Origin: an uncultured bacterium
GTDB lineage: Bacteria > Planctomycetota > UBA1135 > GCA-002686595
Length of the DNA stretch: 64,000 nucleotides
Assembly (NCBI GenBank): GCA_943787795.1
Contig: CALSNU010000001.1
Coordinates: 1-64,000, forward strand
Direction of reading: 5' to 3'
The notes under the pieces are model-generated. The model saw only the letters and a list, made by a program, of their open reading frames with translations, had not been told where the DNA came from and ran no database searches. The position numbers and the translations under genes were made by a program. Positions within the stretch are counted from its first letter, which is position 1; each line of letters begins with the position of its first letter. Shown here piece after piece: positions 29,864 to 40,298 of the stretch.

Positions 29864-31792
29864 TCAGTTGGAGTCGCCTTTGGCCTTCGCCGCCTTGCGG
29901 GTCGCGACCCACGCGTACCCGTCCGACTCGGGGGAGCTCTTGACGTCGCCCTTGAGGCTCCCGTCGCCCTGGAGCTTCCCGGTCGCGGTGAGCGTGCCGT
30001 AGCTGTCCGAGTCGTACTGGAACGTCAGCGTCTTCTTGTCCGCGTCCCACTTGCCCTTCTCGAGCTTGCGCCGGTCGTCGCCCATGACCATGGTGCCCGT
30101 CACGCCGCCCTCGCTGTCCATCGCGAGGACGAGGCCGAACTCGAGGCCGGGGGTGGTGAACTCGGCGCTCCAGTCACCGGCGATCGGGGAGTCACCGCTG
30201 GCCTTCTCGGTGTCCTTGGACTCCTCTGCCTTCTTCTCCGCCCCCGCCTTGGCGCCCTCTTCGGTCTTCTCTTCCGTGGCTTCCTTCGGGGCCTCTTCCG
30301 GGGGCGGCTCTGGGATGTAGCGCGGCAGGAGGGTGTCGGCCATGGCCAGGCTGTAGGCCGTCACGGCAGAGCAGGTGGCGGACTGGACCAGGTACTCCTC
30401 GATGGCGTACTCGAGGGTGTCGCGCTGGGTGTGCCAGGAGAAGCGGTAGCCCATACCCTCGAGGCCGGGCCGGTTCTTCTCGGTCCAGAAGAAGCCGGGC
30501 ACGCCCTTGCGGTTGAAGGACGCGTGGTCGGAGCTGCCGCCGCGGGGCATCTTGTCCCGGATCTCGAGGTCGACGGGGAGCTCGGGGAACGCCGCGTTCA
30601 CCGGCGCGACGGCCGCGGAGAGCATGGGCTCCATGCTCTCGATGCAGAAGAGGCCGCCCTGGTAGTAGGTGCCGCCGTCGTCCACGAAGCAGGCGGAGAT
30701 CCCGTCGAGCTCCTCGTCGCTGAGGCTCTCTACGTAGCCGCGGCTGCCGAGCAGCCCCTGCTCCTCACCGGACCAGAGGCAGAAGCGGATGGTGCGTCGG
30801 GGCTGGACGCCCGCGGCCATCAAGATGCGGGCCGTCTCGAGGGTCACGGACGAGCCCGTGCCGTTGTCCTGGGTGCCCTGGGATCCCGGACCGTTCCACG
30901 AGTCGAGGTGGGCGGAGATGATCACGACCTCGTCGGGGAACTCCGAACCGCGGATCTCGGCGATGGTGTTGAAGACGCCGAAGGGGCCCTCGGTGAAGTA
31001 GTGCCTGAGGTCGGCCTCGATCTCGACCTCCTCCCCGTCAGAGAGGCGCGAGTTGATGGCGTCGTAGTCCTGACGTCGGATGGTGATCTCGACGTCGGTG
31101 GGAAGGGTCTCCATGGTCAGCTCCCGCCAGCCGCGGACCCCGCCGGTGGTGATCTCGTCCCGCGAGCTGCCGGTCAGCTTGCCGAGGAAGGTGAACTCCT
31201 CGAGGGCCTCCCTGACCACGCGGCGCTCCTCGCGCTCGGCCTTGGCGGCGTCGCGGTCGCGGTTGCGACGACGGCGGCTCTCCTTGGACAGGAGCCAGGC
31301 GCCCTCAAGCTGGTCGCGGACGGCCTCGAGCTCCTCCATGGTCTTGGGCTCCTTCACGACCCGGCCGCGGACGGGGCCGTCGGTGCCGGCGCCCCAGGCG
31401 CGGGTGGTGAACTCGATCTCACGCTCGACGGGGCCGACCATCTTGACGCTGCTCGGACCGCGGTCGAAGCGGACGGGGACCTCGCCCCAGCGCTGCAGCC
31501 GGGCGCCCGTCAGGCCCAGCTCCGTGAAGCGGTCACGGGACCACACGTTGGCGCGCTCGAGGGCAGAGGAGCCGGTGAGGCGCGGTCCGATCTCCTCGCT
31601 GATGTAGGTCAGGGTCTCCCAGACCTCGGAGTTGTTCTTCCCCTCGTCGATGATCGCGGCGATCACCTCCTCCATGGGGGCGACGTCGTCAGGAGAAGGA
31701 TCGGTGGACGCGTCCTGGGCGCTGGCGCTGGCGGCCGCGCAGAGCAGGATCGGAACGAGGACGGTCCGGGGGGAAAGGAGCGAGAGCGACAT
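29864..31792 (-). CDS. Secreted M28-family metallopeptidase (carboxypeptidase Q-like) with an extra C-terminal beta domain
   Basis: Signal peptide, IGPRLTGS, SAHLDSW, DNGTG, GEEQGLLGS, SDHASF, WHTQRD. Confidence 0.9.
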   Translation of the reverse strand: MSLSLLSPRTVLVPILLCAAASASAQDASTDPSPDDVAPMEEVIAAIIDEGKNNSEVWETLTYISEEIGPRLTGSSALERANVWSRDRFTELGLTGARLQRWGEVPVRFDRGPSSVKMVGPVEREIEFTTRAWGAGTDGPVRGRVVKEPKTMEELEAVRDQLEGAWLLSKESRRRRNRDRDAAKAEREERRVVREALEEFTFLGKLTGSSRDEITTGGVRGWRELTMETLPTDVEITIRRQDYDAINSRLSDGEEVEIEADLRHYFTEGPFGVFNTIAEIRGSEFPDEVVIISAHLDSWNGPGSQGTQDNGTGSSVTLETARILMAAGVQPRRTIRFCLWSGEEQGLLGSRGYVESLSDEELDGISACFVDDGGTYYQGGLFCIESMEPMLSAAVAPVNAAFPELPVDLEIRDKMPRGGSSDHASFNRKGVPGFFWTEKNRPGLEGMGYRFSWHTQRDTLEYAIEEYLVQSATCSAVTAYSLAMADTLLPRYIPEPPPEEAPKEATEEKTEEGAKAGAEKKAEESKDTEKASGDSPIAGDWSAEFTTPGLEFGLVLAMDSEGGVTGTMVMGDDRRKLEKGKWDADKKTLTFQYDSDSYGTLTATGKLQGDGSLKGDVKSSPESDGYAWVATRKAAKAKGDSN

Positions 31793-32011
31793 CAGTGCTG
31801 GGGGGTGTAGGAGCTGGCCCTTCGGGGGACCTCGACCGGTCGGGTGAGGCCCGAGGGCGTGCTCTGCATCGTAGCCGGGGCGGCCCAACCTCGCCGGAGC
31901 CTTGCGCTTCCTGTACAGGCGGTGGGTGCCGACCTGGCGAGGGCCGTGTCAAGTCCAGCGTGGCGCGCTGGGTCCAGAGCAGGGGCTGGAGCCGCCGGGT
32001 AGGATCACCGC

Positions 32012-33274
32012 GTGCTCCCTGCCCTCTCCAGCTGGTTCCTGATCGTGTCGCGGTCGTTGCGAGAGCACCTGCTCTCCACGTCCATCACGGTGGGCGCTGG
32101 CGCGCTGGCGAGCGGGCTGGTCATGGCCGTCTTCGCGATCCACGCGGCGACCTCCGACGCATTCTCGGGGTCCAGCTCGGCCTATGACGCGATCCTCGGG
32201 CCGCCGGGGGGACAGGGCCAGCTGGTGCTCAACTCGCTGTTCCATCTGGACGCCTCGCAGGGGAACCTCCCCTGGTCGATGTACGAGGCCATCGCCGCGG
32301 ACCCCGGGGTGGAGCGCGCGGTGCCCTACGCCCTCGGAGACAACTTCCGTGGCTTCCGGATCATCGGCACGACCCTGGACGCCTTCGTCGGGCGTGAGCC
32401 GGTGAGCCCAGGCGAGTGGTTTGACCCGGCCAAGGGCCAGGCGGTCGTCGGCGCGGCGGTCGCGCGGGAGACCGGGCTGGTGCGCGGGAGCGTCTTCCAG
32501 CCCAGCCACGGGCTGACGTTCGACCCCGAGGATCCGCGCACCCACTCCCGGTGGTTCGTGGTCACGGCGGTCATGGCGCCCACGGGCTCCCCTGACGACC
32601 GTGCGATCTTCATCCCGATCGAGGCGATCTACCGCATGGACGGCCACGAGCTGCGCGGCTCGGGTGAGGCCGTCGACGCGGAGGACTTCCGCGAGCTCGA
32701 GATCCCTGACGAGCACAAGGAGGTCTCGGCCGTGCTCCTCCGGTTTCGGCGCGGCGGCGTCAATCCGGGGCTGCGGCTCAACTATCAGATCAATCAGGCC
32801 GGAGACCAGGCCACCCTCGCGTGGCCCATCGCCCAGGTGCTCGCTGACCTCTATCGCAAGCTCTTCTGGGCGATCGAGGTCCTCCGGATCGTCGCGGTGA
32901 TGGTGGTGGTCGTCGCGGGCGGGGCGCTCCTGGCGAGCCTGTACAACACGATGAACGAGCGGCGCAGGGAGCTGGCGATCCTCCGGAGCCTCGGCGCCAG
33001 CCGCGCGACGATCTTCAGCGTGATCGTGGGGGAGGCGGCGACCATCGCGCTCCTGGGGGCTCTGCTGGGGTTCCTGGTGGAGCGAGCGATCCTCTCCCGG
33101 GTGAGCGAGACGCTGCTCTCCACCACGGGAGTCCTCCTGTCGGCGGGCACCGCGGGCGGTGCGCACCTGTGGACGCCCCTTGGAATGCTCGCGGTGGGCG
33201 TCGTGGCGGGGGTCGTGCCGGCGCTGAAGGCGTACGCTGTGGACCCGTGCCAGACCCTGGCCCGTGGATCATGA
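32012..33274 (+). CDS. ABC transporter permease (MacB/FtsX family)
   Basis: QLVLNSLFH, VPYALGDNFRGFRIIGT, ERRRELAILRSLGA, multiple TM segments. Confidence 0.9.
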   Translation: MLPALSSWFLIVSRSLREHLLSTSITVGAGALASGLVMAVFAIHAATSDAFSGSSSAYDAILGPPGGQGQLVLNSLFHLDASQGNLPWSMYEAIAADPGVERAVPYALGDNFRGFRIIGTTLDAFVGREPVSPGEWFDPAKGQAVVGAAVARETGLVRGSVFQPSHGLTFDPEDPRTHSRWFVVTAVMAPTGSPDDRAIFIPIEAIYRMDGHELRGSGEAVDAEDFRELEIPDEHKEVSAVLLRFRRGGVNPGLRLNYQINQAGDQATLAWPIAQVLADLYRKLFWAIEVLRIVAVMVVVVAGGALLASLYNTMNERRRELAILRSLGASRATIFSVIVGEAATIALLGALLGFLVERAILSRVSETLLSTTGVLLSAGTAGGAHLWTPLGMLAVGVVAGVVPALKAYAVDPCQTLARGS

Positions 33275-34146
33275 AGTCCCGCACCCTCTCCATGTTGCTC
33301 CTCCTGCTGGCGTCCTGTCAGGGAGAGGAGTTACCCCCGGGCGGCGTCCAGGAGCTGACCTACGACGGCGGCGCCCTGGACGGCTCCGACGACGCGCAGC
33401 CCTCCGATGCGTTGATCGCCCAGGGGATCTCGGCCCAGGGATCTTCCGGGCTGACTCCTTCCGGGCTGAGTCCTTCCGGGCAGGAGACAGCTGAGGCGGA
33501 TAGGGAGCACGACCCGGAGCGCCAGGCGGAGCGTCAGGCGGAGCTCGAGGCGCAGGCGGCGGCGTACGAGACCATGCCCATCGACGACCTCCTCGCCTCC
33601 ATGGGGCTGGCGCGCGATGAGGAGACGCAGATGATGGACTTGCCGGACGAGACCATCCGCCAGCTCGCCATCGCGCGGCTCTGGCGCGAGGCGGCGCGGC
33701 CCGATGACGGCGGCGCTCCTCGGAGGCGCGAGGACGGCCACCTCGAGGTGCGCTTCAGGCACCTGGCCCTCGACGACCTCGATGACGAGGCCTACGAGGG
33801 CGTCATGGACGACCTCATGCGCGGGGAGAAGCGCTTCCCCGGCGCGGTCGCAGCGCTCGACGGGGAGCAGGTCGAGATCGTCGGCTACATGATCCCTGAG
33901 GAGTGGCAGCGCCGCGAGGTGACCGAGTTCATGCTCGTCCGTGATCTCCTGGCATGCTGCTTTGGCGGCGCTCCCCAGCCGGATGAGTGGATCCACGTCT
34001 CCATGAAGGCGGGCAGCGGTTCCCCGTATTTTCCCTTCGTCGCGGTGAGCGTGAAGGGAACGCTCCGGATCGAGGGAATTGACGACGGAGCGGGATACGC
34101 CGCCGGTTGCTTCCGTCTCGACGGGACGGCGACCGAGGAGCTCTGA
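33271..34146 (+). CDS. DUF3299-like lipoprotein
   Basis: Lipobox LASC; LDGEQVEIVGYMIP, FMLVRDLLACCFG..PQPDEWI; ATGA overlap with the permease. Confidence 0.8.
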   Translation: MKSRTLSMLLLLLASCQGEELPPGGVQELTYDGGALDGSDDAQPSDALIAQGISAQGSSGLTPSGLSPSGQETAEADREHDPERQAERQAELEAQAAAYETMPIDDLLASMGLARDEETQMMDLPDETIRQLAIARLWREAARPDDGGAPRRREDGHLEVRFRHLALDDLDDEAYEGVMDDLMRGEKRFPGAVAALDGEQVEIVGYMIPEEWQRREVTEFMLVRDLLACCFGGAPQPDEWIHVSMKAGSGSPYFPFVAVSVKGTLRIEGIDDGAGYAAGCFRLDGTATEEL

Positions 34147-34339
34147 GCGAGCGCTCGCTCGGCCCCACGTAAGGGTCGTATCAGAGCTGGTCAGTTCGGG
34201 GGTCGATCGCGGCGTCACGCCCCGGAATCGTGGGCGGGGACTATGCTCGAACGACCGGCGACGCGCGGACTCTACTCGCGCTCGACGGGCCTACCTTTCG
34301 CCCCACCTCGCTCCGGCCGTAGCTGGAGAGGACTCTCCC

Positions 34340-37300
34340 ATGCGACGATATTTTCGCCTCCCGGACTCTCGCCTCCCGGCCCTCTTCCTGACGCTGCTCG
34401 CGTGCTCGTTGGTCCCCGTTGCTGCGGCCTCGCAGGACGAGCTTGGACGCCGCTCCCTGGAGCATGAAGACTATGAGCGATGGAGCTCGGTCCGGAGCTC
34501 CGGGCTGTCGCCGGATGGAGTCTGGGTCGCCTTCACCACTCGGCCCGCAGAGGGCGACGGAACGCTGACGATCCGCAAGGTCGCGACCCAGGAGCAGTTC
34601 ACCGTCGAGCGCGGGACGTCGGCGAGCTTCACTCGGGACAGCAGGTATGCGATCTACCTCGTGCGCCCGGCGAAGAAGGACGGCGAAGAGAGCGGCCGCG
34701 GCGGGGGCGCCTCCAGCCTCGAGATCCTGGATCTCGAGACCGAGCGGACCGTGAGCCTGCCGGATGTGCGCTCATTCCGTCTTCCGGAGGAGGCGTCTGG
34801 CTGGGTGGCCTACACGCCCTCGGGTGGAGGGGATGACGGGGCGGCGCGCAAGGGCGCCTCGGAGATGAGCGAGACCTACAGCATCGCAGGCGGCGCGCTG
34901 GGTCCCGCCGGTGCGGCGCCTGCGGCCAAGCCCGAGGCCAGCGAGGAGGCCGCGGAGCCGAGCGTTGAGGGAGCATCCGCGGGGGCGTCAGAGCAGCCCT
35001 CGAGGAAGCCATCGAAGAAGGGAGCCAAGAAGAAGGACGCGCGCACGAAGAAGAACGGCAGCGTCCTCGTGCTCAGGGACCTCGCGACGGGCATGGAGCA
35101 GCGGATTCCCGATGTCACCTCCCAGAGCTTCAGCAAGTACGGCCGGTGGCTGGTCTACGCGACCTCGGCCACCGACGCAGAAGACGACGGCGTCTTCGCC
35201 ATGGAGCTCTCCACGGGCGTGATCACGCCCCTGATCTCGGGGCGCGGGGCCTATCGGTCCATCGCTATCAGTGAGGACGAGAAGCGGGTGGCGTTCCTTT
35301 CTGACCGTGACGACTACGGGCCCGAGAAGCCGAGCATGTCGCTCTACCACTGGGCGGAGGGCGACGACTCGGCGGCCAAGATCGCGGGGGAGGAGACCGA
35401 GGGCATCCCCGAGGGGTGGTGGGTCGCCGCCTCGGGCCCGCGCTTCACCGAGGACGGCCGACGCCTCCTCTTCAACACGCAGCCCCGTCCCGAGGACGCG
35501 GGCAAGACCAAGGCGCAGCTGGACAAGGAGAAGAAGGCCAAGGCCAAGGATCCGGTCGTCAAGCTCGACATCTGGCACTGGAAGGACGACGCCCTCCAGC
35601 CCCGCCAGCTGCTCCAGGCGGAGCAGGAGCGCCGACGGAGCTACCAGGCCCTCTTCGACATCGAGGCGGGCCGGGTCGTCCAGCTGGCGACCAAGGAGAT
35701 GCCCTCCGTGCGGGTGGATGCTCGCTCGTCCAGCGACCTGGCCGTCGGGACCTCGTCCGCCAAGTACGCGGTGTCGGAGTCGTGGGAGTCGCCTGGCTTC
35801 AGCGACTCGTATGTGGTGGACCTCAAGACCGGCGACGCGCGCATGGTCCTCGAGCGAGTCCGGGGGACGGCGAGGATGTCGCCCGCCGGCAGGTTCCTCA
35901 CCTGGTGGGACCCGGACCAGCGCAAGATGTTCGCGATGCCGACCGCGGGCGGCGACACGGTGGACCTCTCGGAGGGGATCCCCACCTCTCTCGCCAACGA
36001 GCTCCACGACACCCCGGCGCCGCCGCGCTCCTACCGCACCGCTGGCTGGCTGGACGAGGACGCGGCGCTGCTGGTCTATGACCGCTTCGACATCTGGCAG
36101 GTGGACCCCACCGGCGCCGAGGCGGCGCGCTGCCTCACGGGTGAGCGCGGCCGCGCGGAGCGGCTCCGCTACCGCTACCAGTCGCTCGACCGCGAGGCCC
36201 GCTCCATCGACCCCGCTGAGCCCATGCTGCTGACGGTGTTCGACGAGGGGACGAAGGCCTCCGGCGTGGCGCGGCTGGATCCGGCGACCGGTGAGATCAC
36301 CACGCTCCTCATGCTCGACGAGCGGATCGGCGCGCCGGTCAAGGCGAAGGACGCAGACACTCTGGTGATGACGCGTCAGACCTTCCGGCGCTACCCGGAC
36401 CTGTGGGCGACCACCACCGCCTTCGAGAGCCTCAAGCGCCTCAGCTGGGCGAATCCCCAGCAGCGTGAGTACCTCTGGGGGACGTCCGAGCTCGTGCACT
36501 ACGAGACCACCAATGGCGTCCCGCTGGACGGCATCCTCTACAAGCCGGACAACTTCGACCCGACGCGCAAGTACCCCATGATGGTGTACTTCTACGAGCG
36601 CAACTCGGACAACCTGCACCGCTACGTCACCCCGTCAGCGGGCAGCTCGTCGATCAACTACGCGTTCTACGTCAGCCGCGGCTACGTCCTGTTCGTCCCC
36701 GATATCCCCTACACCACCGGGGAGCCGGGGATCAGCTGCGCCAACGCGGTCCTGCCCGGCGTGCAGTCCATCGTGGACATGGGCTTCGTTGACCCCGATC
36801 GGATCGGCGTCCAGGGCCACAGCTGGGGCGGCTATCAGATCGCCTACCTGGTGACCATGAGCAACGTCTTCGCCTGCGCGGAGTCCGGGGCGCCGGTCAG
36901 CAACATGACCAGCGCCTACGGCGGGATCCGCTGGGCCAGCGGCATGAGCCGGATGTTCCAGTACGAGAAGACCCAGAGCCGAATCGGCGGCACCCTCTGG
37001 GAGGCGCGCGACCTGTACCTGAAGAACTCGCCGGTCTTCTACGCCGACAAGATCGAGACGCCGCTCCTGATCCTCCACAACGACGAGGACGGGGCGGTCC
37101 CGTGGTACCAGGGGATCGAGCTCTTCGTGGCCATGCGCCGCCTCGGCAAGCCCGCTTGGATGCTGAACTACAACGGTGAGGCCCACGGGCTCCGCCGCAA
37201 GGAGAACCGGGTCGACTTCGCCCGGCGCATGCAGCAGTTCTTTGACCACTATCTGATGGACGGTCCGGCGACACGCTGGATTGCTGAGGGGGTCCCCGCC

Positions 37301-37399
37301 GTCGACAAGGGACGCGACTTCGGCTTCGAGCCGGTCGAGGCGCCTGCGGCTCTCGAGGCCGAGGAGCCGCCCGCGGCGGGCGCCATGAGCGGGGAGTGA
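34340..37399 (+). CDS. Secreted S9-family peptidase (prolyl oligopeptidase/acylaminoacyl peptidase)
   Basis: Beta-propeller N-terminus; GHSWGG nucleophile, DGAV, EAHGL triad. Confidence 0.93.
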   Translation: MRRYFRLPDSRLPALFLTLLACSLVPVAAASQDELGRRSLEHEDYERWSSVRSSGLSPDGVWVAFTTRPAEGDGTLTIRKVATQEQFTVERGTSASFTRDSRYAIYLVRPAKKDGEESGRGGGASSLEILDLETERTVSLPDVRSFRLPEEASGWVAYTPSGGGDDGAARKGASEMSETYSIAGGALGPAGAAPAAKPEASEEAAEPSVEGASAGASEQPSRKPSKKGAKKKDARTKKNGSVLVLRDLATGMEQRIPDVTSQSFSKYGRWLVYATSATDAEDDGVFAMELSTGVITPLISGRGAYRSIAISEDEKRVAFLSDRDDYGPEKPSMSLYHWAEGDDSAAKIAGEETEGIPEGWWVAASGPRFTEDGRRLLFNTQPRPEDAGKTKAQLDKEKKAKAKDPVVKLDIWHWKDDALQPRQLLQAEQERRRSYQALFDIEAGRVVQLATKEMPSVRVDARSSSDLAVGTSSAKYAVSESWESPGFSDSYVVDLKTGDARMVLERVRGTARMSPAGRFLTWWDPDQRKMFAMPTAGGDTVDLSEGIPTSLANELHDTPAPPRSYRTAGWLDEDAALLVYDRFDIWQVDPTGAEAARCLTGERGRAERLRYRYQSLDREARSIDPAEPMLLTVFDEGTKASGVARLDPATGEITTLLMLDERIGAPVKAKDADTLVMTRQTFRRYPDLWATTTAFESLKRLSWANPQQREYLWGTSELVHYETTNGVPLDGILYKPDNFDPTRKYPMMVYFYERNSDNLHRYVTPSAGSSSINYAFYVSRGYVLFVPDIPYTTGEPGISCANAVLPGVQSIVDMGFVDPDRIGVQGHSWGGYQIAYLVTMSNVFACAESGAPVSNMTSAYGGIRWASGMSRMFQYEKTQSRIGGTLWEARDLYLKNSPVFYADKIETPLLILHNDEDGAVPWYQGIELFVAMRRLGKPAWMLNYNGEAHGLRRKENRVDFARRMQQFFDHYLMDGPATRWIAEGVPAVDKGRDFGFEPVEAPAALEAEEPPAAGAMSGE

Positions 37400-37477
37400 T
37401 CGCCGGCCTGACGGGCGGCCAGAGATTGATGGACCTCTCCCTCGCAGCTTGAGCGGGGGAGAGAACACAATGTCGGC

Positions 37478-39601
37478 ATGCCCAGGCCCCGCCACGAATC
37501 TGTCCTCCTGATCTCATTCATCGCGCTGGCGTCTGCCTGCACGGACGACGCCTCGATCTTTGACGATCAGACGCCGCCCACTGCGACCCTCGACTACCCG
37601 TTCGACGGTGCGCTGGCCAGCGGACCGGTGCTCACTTTCACCGGCACTGCCGAGGATTCCTACGGGGTGACCTCGGTCACCGTCGACCTGGTGGAGGCCA
37701 CCACCTCGGACGGGTATGCGACCTGGGATGTGTCTCTCGACCTCCCGACCGGCGACCTGTTCGTCCAGGTGGGGACGCGGGACGAGTTCAACTACGACCC
37801 GCAGGCGGTGACCATCGACATGCAGCGCCAGGGAGAGCTGGTGGCGCCGACGGCCCTGACGTTCAACCCCTCCACGAGCCAGCTGGTGTTTACGGACGAG
37901 GGGCTCGAGGGCCTCACGGGGCTGATCCCTGATCTGGGGTTCACTCAGAACCTGAGCGCGCCCAACATCGGCACGGGGCCGCCCCTCTCGAGCTGCACTG
38001 GCGTGGCGGTGGATGGGGCCTCGGAGACGGCTTACGTGGTGGACGCCAGCGCCCCGGGGCTCTTGGCGGTGAACCTCAGCGACGGCACGCGGACGGCCTT
38101 CTCGGACGCGGTGACGGGCGTTGGGGCGAACTTCTCCGCCCCTGTGGACGTCGCGCTGGACACGACCGGCGCCCGCTTGCTGGTGACGGATGACGGGCTC
38201 GATGCGGTGATCGCAGTGGACCTCATCACGGGGGACCGCACGGTGTTCTCGGACGGCACGACCGGGACCGGGGCGGCGCTGATCTCGCCTGCTGGCGTCG
38301 CCATCGACAGCGTCGGCGGAGCGCTCTACGTGGCCGACGGGTCGGGGTCCGTGGTGCAAGTGGACCTCACCACCGGGGACCGCGCGCCGATCTCGGGCGG
38401 CGGCACCGGGGCAGGCGTGGCCCTCTCGGCGCCGACCTACCTGAGCCTCGACCTCACCATGGACCGGCTCCACGTCAGCGACCTTGGCCTCGGGGCGATC
38501 CTCGAGGTGAACCTGACGACGGGGGACAGGGCGGAGGTCTCGGGCCCGGGCGTGGGAGCGGGAGACCTCTTCGATCAGCTGGAGGACCTCTGGCTCGATG
38601 AGGCCATGGGGCGCCTGCTCGTGCTCGACAGCGACCTCCCCGCGGTGTGGTCCGTCGACGTCGCCACCGGTGACCGGACGATCTTCTACGAGTTCCGTCG
38701 CGGCACCGGGGACAGAGACGTGACCCTCGACGCGGTCGCCGCAGCGCCCCAGGGAGCGGACGCCATCTTCGGCGTCGCTCGCGGGGACGCCGCCGTCCTC
38801 CGGCTCGCGACGCCGAGCGGGGACCGGACGGTGCTCTCCGACGCCGTGACCGGCGCAGGGCCGGCCCTCGTCGAGCCGACCGACGTGCAGCCCCTCGCGC
38901 CCGGCGGCGCGGCTGGGCTCAGCGGGAGCCTCCTCGTGGTCGATCGCGGCCTGGGCGCTCTGCTCGCCGTGGACCCCGCCACAGGAGATCGCACGGTGCT
39001 CTCCGACGGCGTGACCGGGGCGGGCGCGGCCTTCGCCGACCCCTCAGGCGTCGCGGTCGACGCCGCGGGGGCGGTGGCCTGGGTCACCGACATCGGTGCT
39101 GACACGGTGGTGGAGGTGGACCTCGCCACCGGCGATCGGGTCACGATCTCGGGCGGCGGCTCGGGGGCTGGACCTGCCTTCGATGCTCCGGTCCGAGCCC
39201 TCCAGGACCCGTCCGATCCGGGGCGCCTGCTCGTCATGGATCGCGGCCTGCTGGCCGTCGTCGCGGTGCAGCTCACCGCTGGCGCCGGCGCCGGGGACCG
39301 GACGATCCTCTCCGACGGGACTACGGGTGCGGGTGACCCCTTCCAGTCCCTCGCCGGAGCCTCGATGACCGACGCTGGCCTCCTGGTCTGCGACCCCACC
39401 GCTGCGCAGCTGGTCCTGGTGGACCTGGCCTCCGGCGACCGGGTGCTGGCCGCGGGGGGGGACGTCGGCTTCGGCCCGCGCCTCTTCGCTCCCAGCGGCC
39501 TCGCGGCGCGGACGGGAGGAGGCGGTCTCTACCTGGTCGCGGGGGGCGCGACGCTCCTGGTCGAACCCACGGTCGGCGACCGCGTGGTCCTGTCCCTCTG
39601 A
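37478..39601 (+). CDS. Lipoprotein with an Ig-like domain and about 12 NHL/YVTN-like beta-propeller repeats
   Basis: Lipobox ASAC; repeated xDLxTGDRTV(L/F)SxxxxGxGxxxxxP units. Confidence 0.82.
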   Translation: MPRPRHESVLLISFIALASACTDDASIFDDQTPPTATLDYPFDGALASGPVLTFTGTAEDSYGVTSVTVDLVEATTSDGYATWDVSLDLPTGDLFVQVGTRDEFNYDPQAVTIDMQRQGELVAPTALTFNPSTSQLVFTDEGLEGLTGLIPDLGFTQNLSAPNIGTGPPLSSCTGVAVDGASETAYVVDASAPGLLAVNLSDGTRTAFSDAVTGVGANFSAPVDVALDTTGARLLVTDDGLDAVIAVDLITGDRTVFSDGTTGTGAALISPAGVAIDSVGGALYVADGSGSVVQVDLTTGDRAPISGGGTGAGVALSAPTYLSLDLTMDRLHVSDLGLGAILEVNLTTGDRAEVSGPGVGAGDLFDQLEDLWLDEAMGRLLVLDSDLPAVWSVDVATGDRTIFYEFRRGTGDRDVTLDAVAAAPQGADAIFGVARGDAAVLRLATPSGDRTVLSDAVTGAGPALVEPTDVQPLAPGGAAGLSGSLLVVDRGLGALLAVDPATGDRTVLSDGVTGAGAAFADPSGVAVDAAGAVAWVTDIGADTVVEVDLATGDRVTISGGGSGAGPAFDAPVRALQDPSDPGRLLVMDRGLLAVVAVQLTAGAGAGDRTILSDGTTGAGDPFQSLAGASMTDAGLLVCDPTAAQLVLVDLASGDRVLAAGGDVGFGPRLFAPSGLAARTGGGGLYLVAGGATLLVEPTVGDRVVLSL

Positions 39602-39682
39602 AGTCGGAGGGAGCCCGCGCCGAAGCTGCGGCCTCCCCCCTGCGTGCTCGCGGGTCAGCGGAGCTCCGTGCCCCGCGGTCCC

Positions 39683-40201
39683 TCACCTGAAGCTCAGGAG
39701 CTCCATCTCGAACTTCAGGTCACCCCTGCCCCGGTAGGCGAGGGCCTCCGGCATGAGGATCACAAAGGAGTCGCCAACGCGCATGCGCGCGACCACCTTG
39801 TCCCAGCCAGCGATGGCCTGTCCGGAGCCAACCTGGAAGGTGAACGGGCGGCTGCCGGGGTCCAGCACCTCTCCGTCGGCCTTCATGGCCTTGTAGGCGA
39901 GGGTGGCCGTCTTGCCGATCCCGCAGGCCGGCCCGGTCCCGTTGCCGCGGACCTCGAGGATCTCGATGTCGGGGACGCCGGTGAGTTCCGAGGAGATGGT
40001 GTCCCCCACGGCCCAGGCCTTCGCTGCGGCGGCCACGGTCTCGGGTTCCACCTCGGGGGAGGGCGCGGGGGCCTGTGGGGTGGAGGGAGCCTGCTTGGTG
40101 GAGGGACCCTGCGGGCCCGCGGTGCCAGTGGTGGGCGTCTCACTGGCGCAAGCGGTGAGAGCAGCTGCCAGGAGAGCAGCGGTGAGGTGATAGACGTTCA
40201 T
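39683..40201 (-). CDS. FKBP-type peptidyl-prolyl isomerase lipoprotein
   Basis: Lipobox LTAC; FTFQVGSGQAIAGWD..MRVG..PEALAY..LKFEMELL. Confidence 0.88.
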   Translation of the reverse strand: MNVYHLTAALLAAALTACASETPTTGTAGPQGPSTKQAPSTPQAPAPSPEVEPETVAAAAKAWAVGDTISSELTGVPDIEILEVRGNGTGPACGIGKTATLAYKAMKADGEVLDPGSRPFTFQVGSGQAIAGWDKVVARMRVGDSFVILMPEALAYRGRGDLKFEMELLSFR

Positions 40202-40298
40202 GGTCCCTGAAGGCTATGGGATTCAGAGGCGGGGTACGACCCCCCGGCCTTGGCGCGCCCGGTCCGCGGCCACTCCGGCCCCCGCACCGCTGGGTTCC

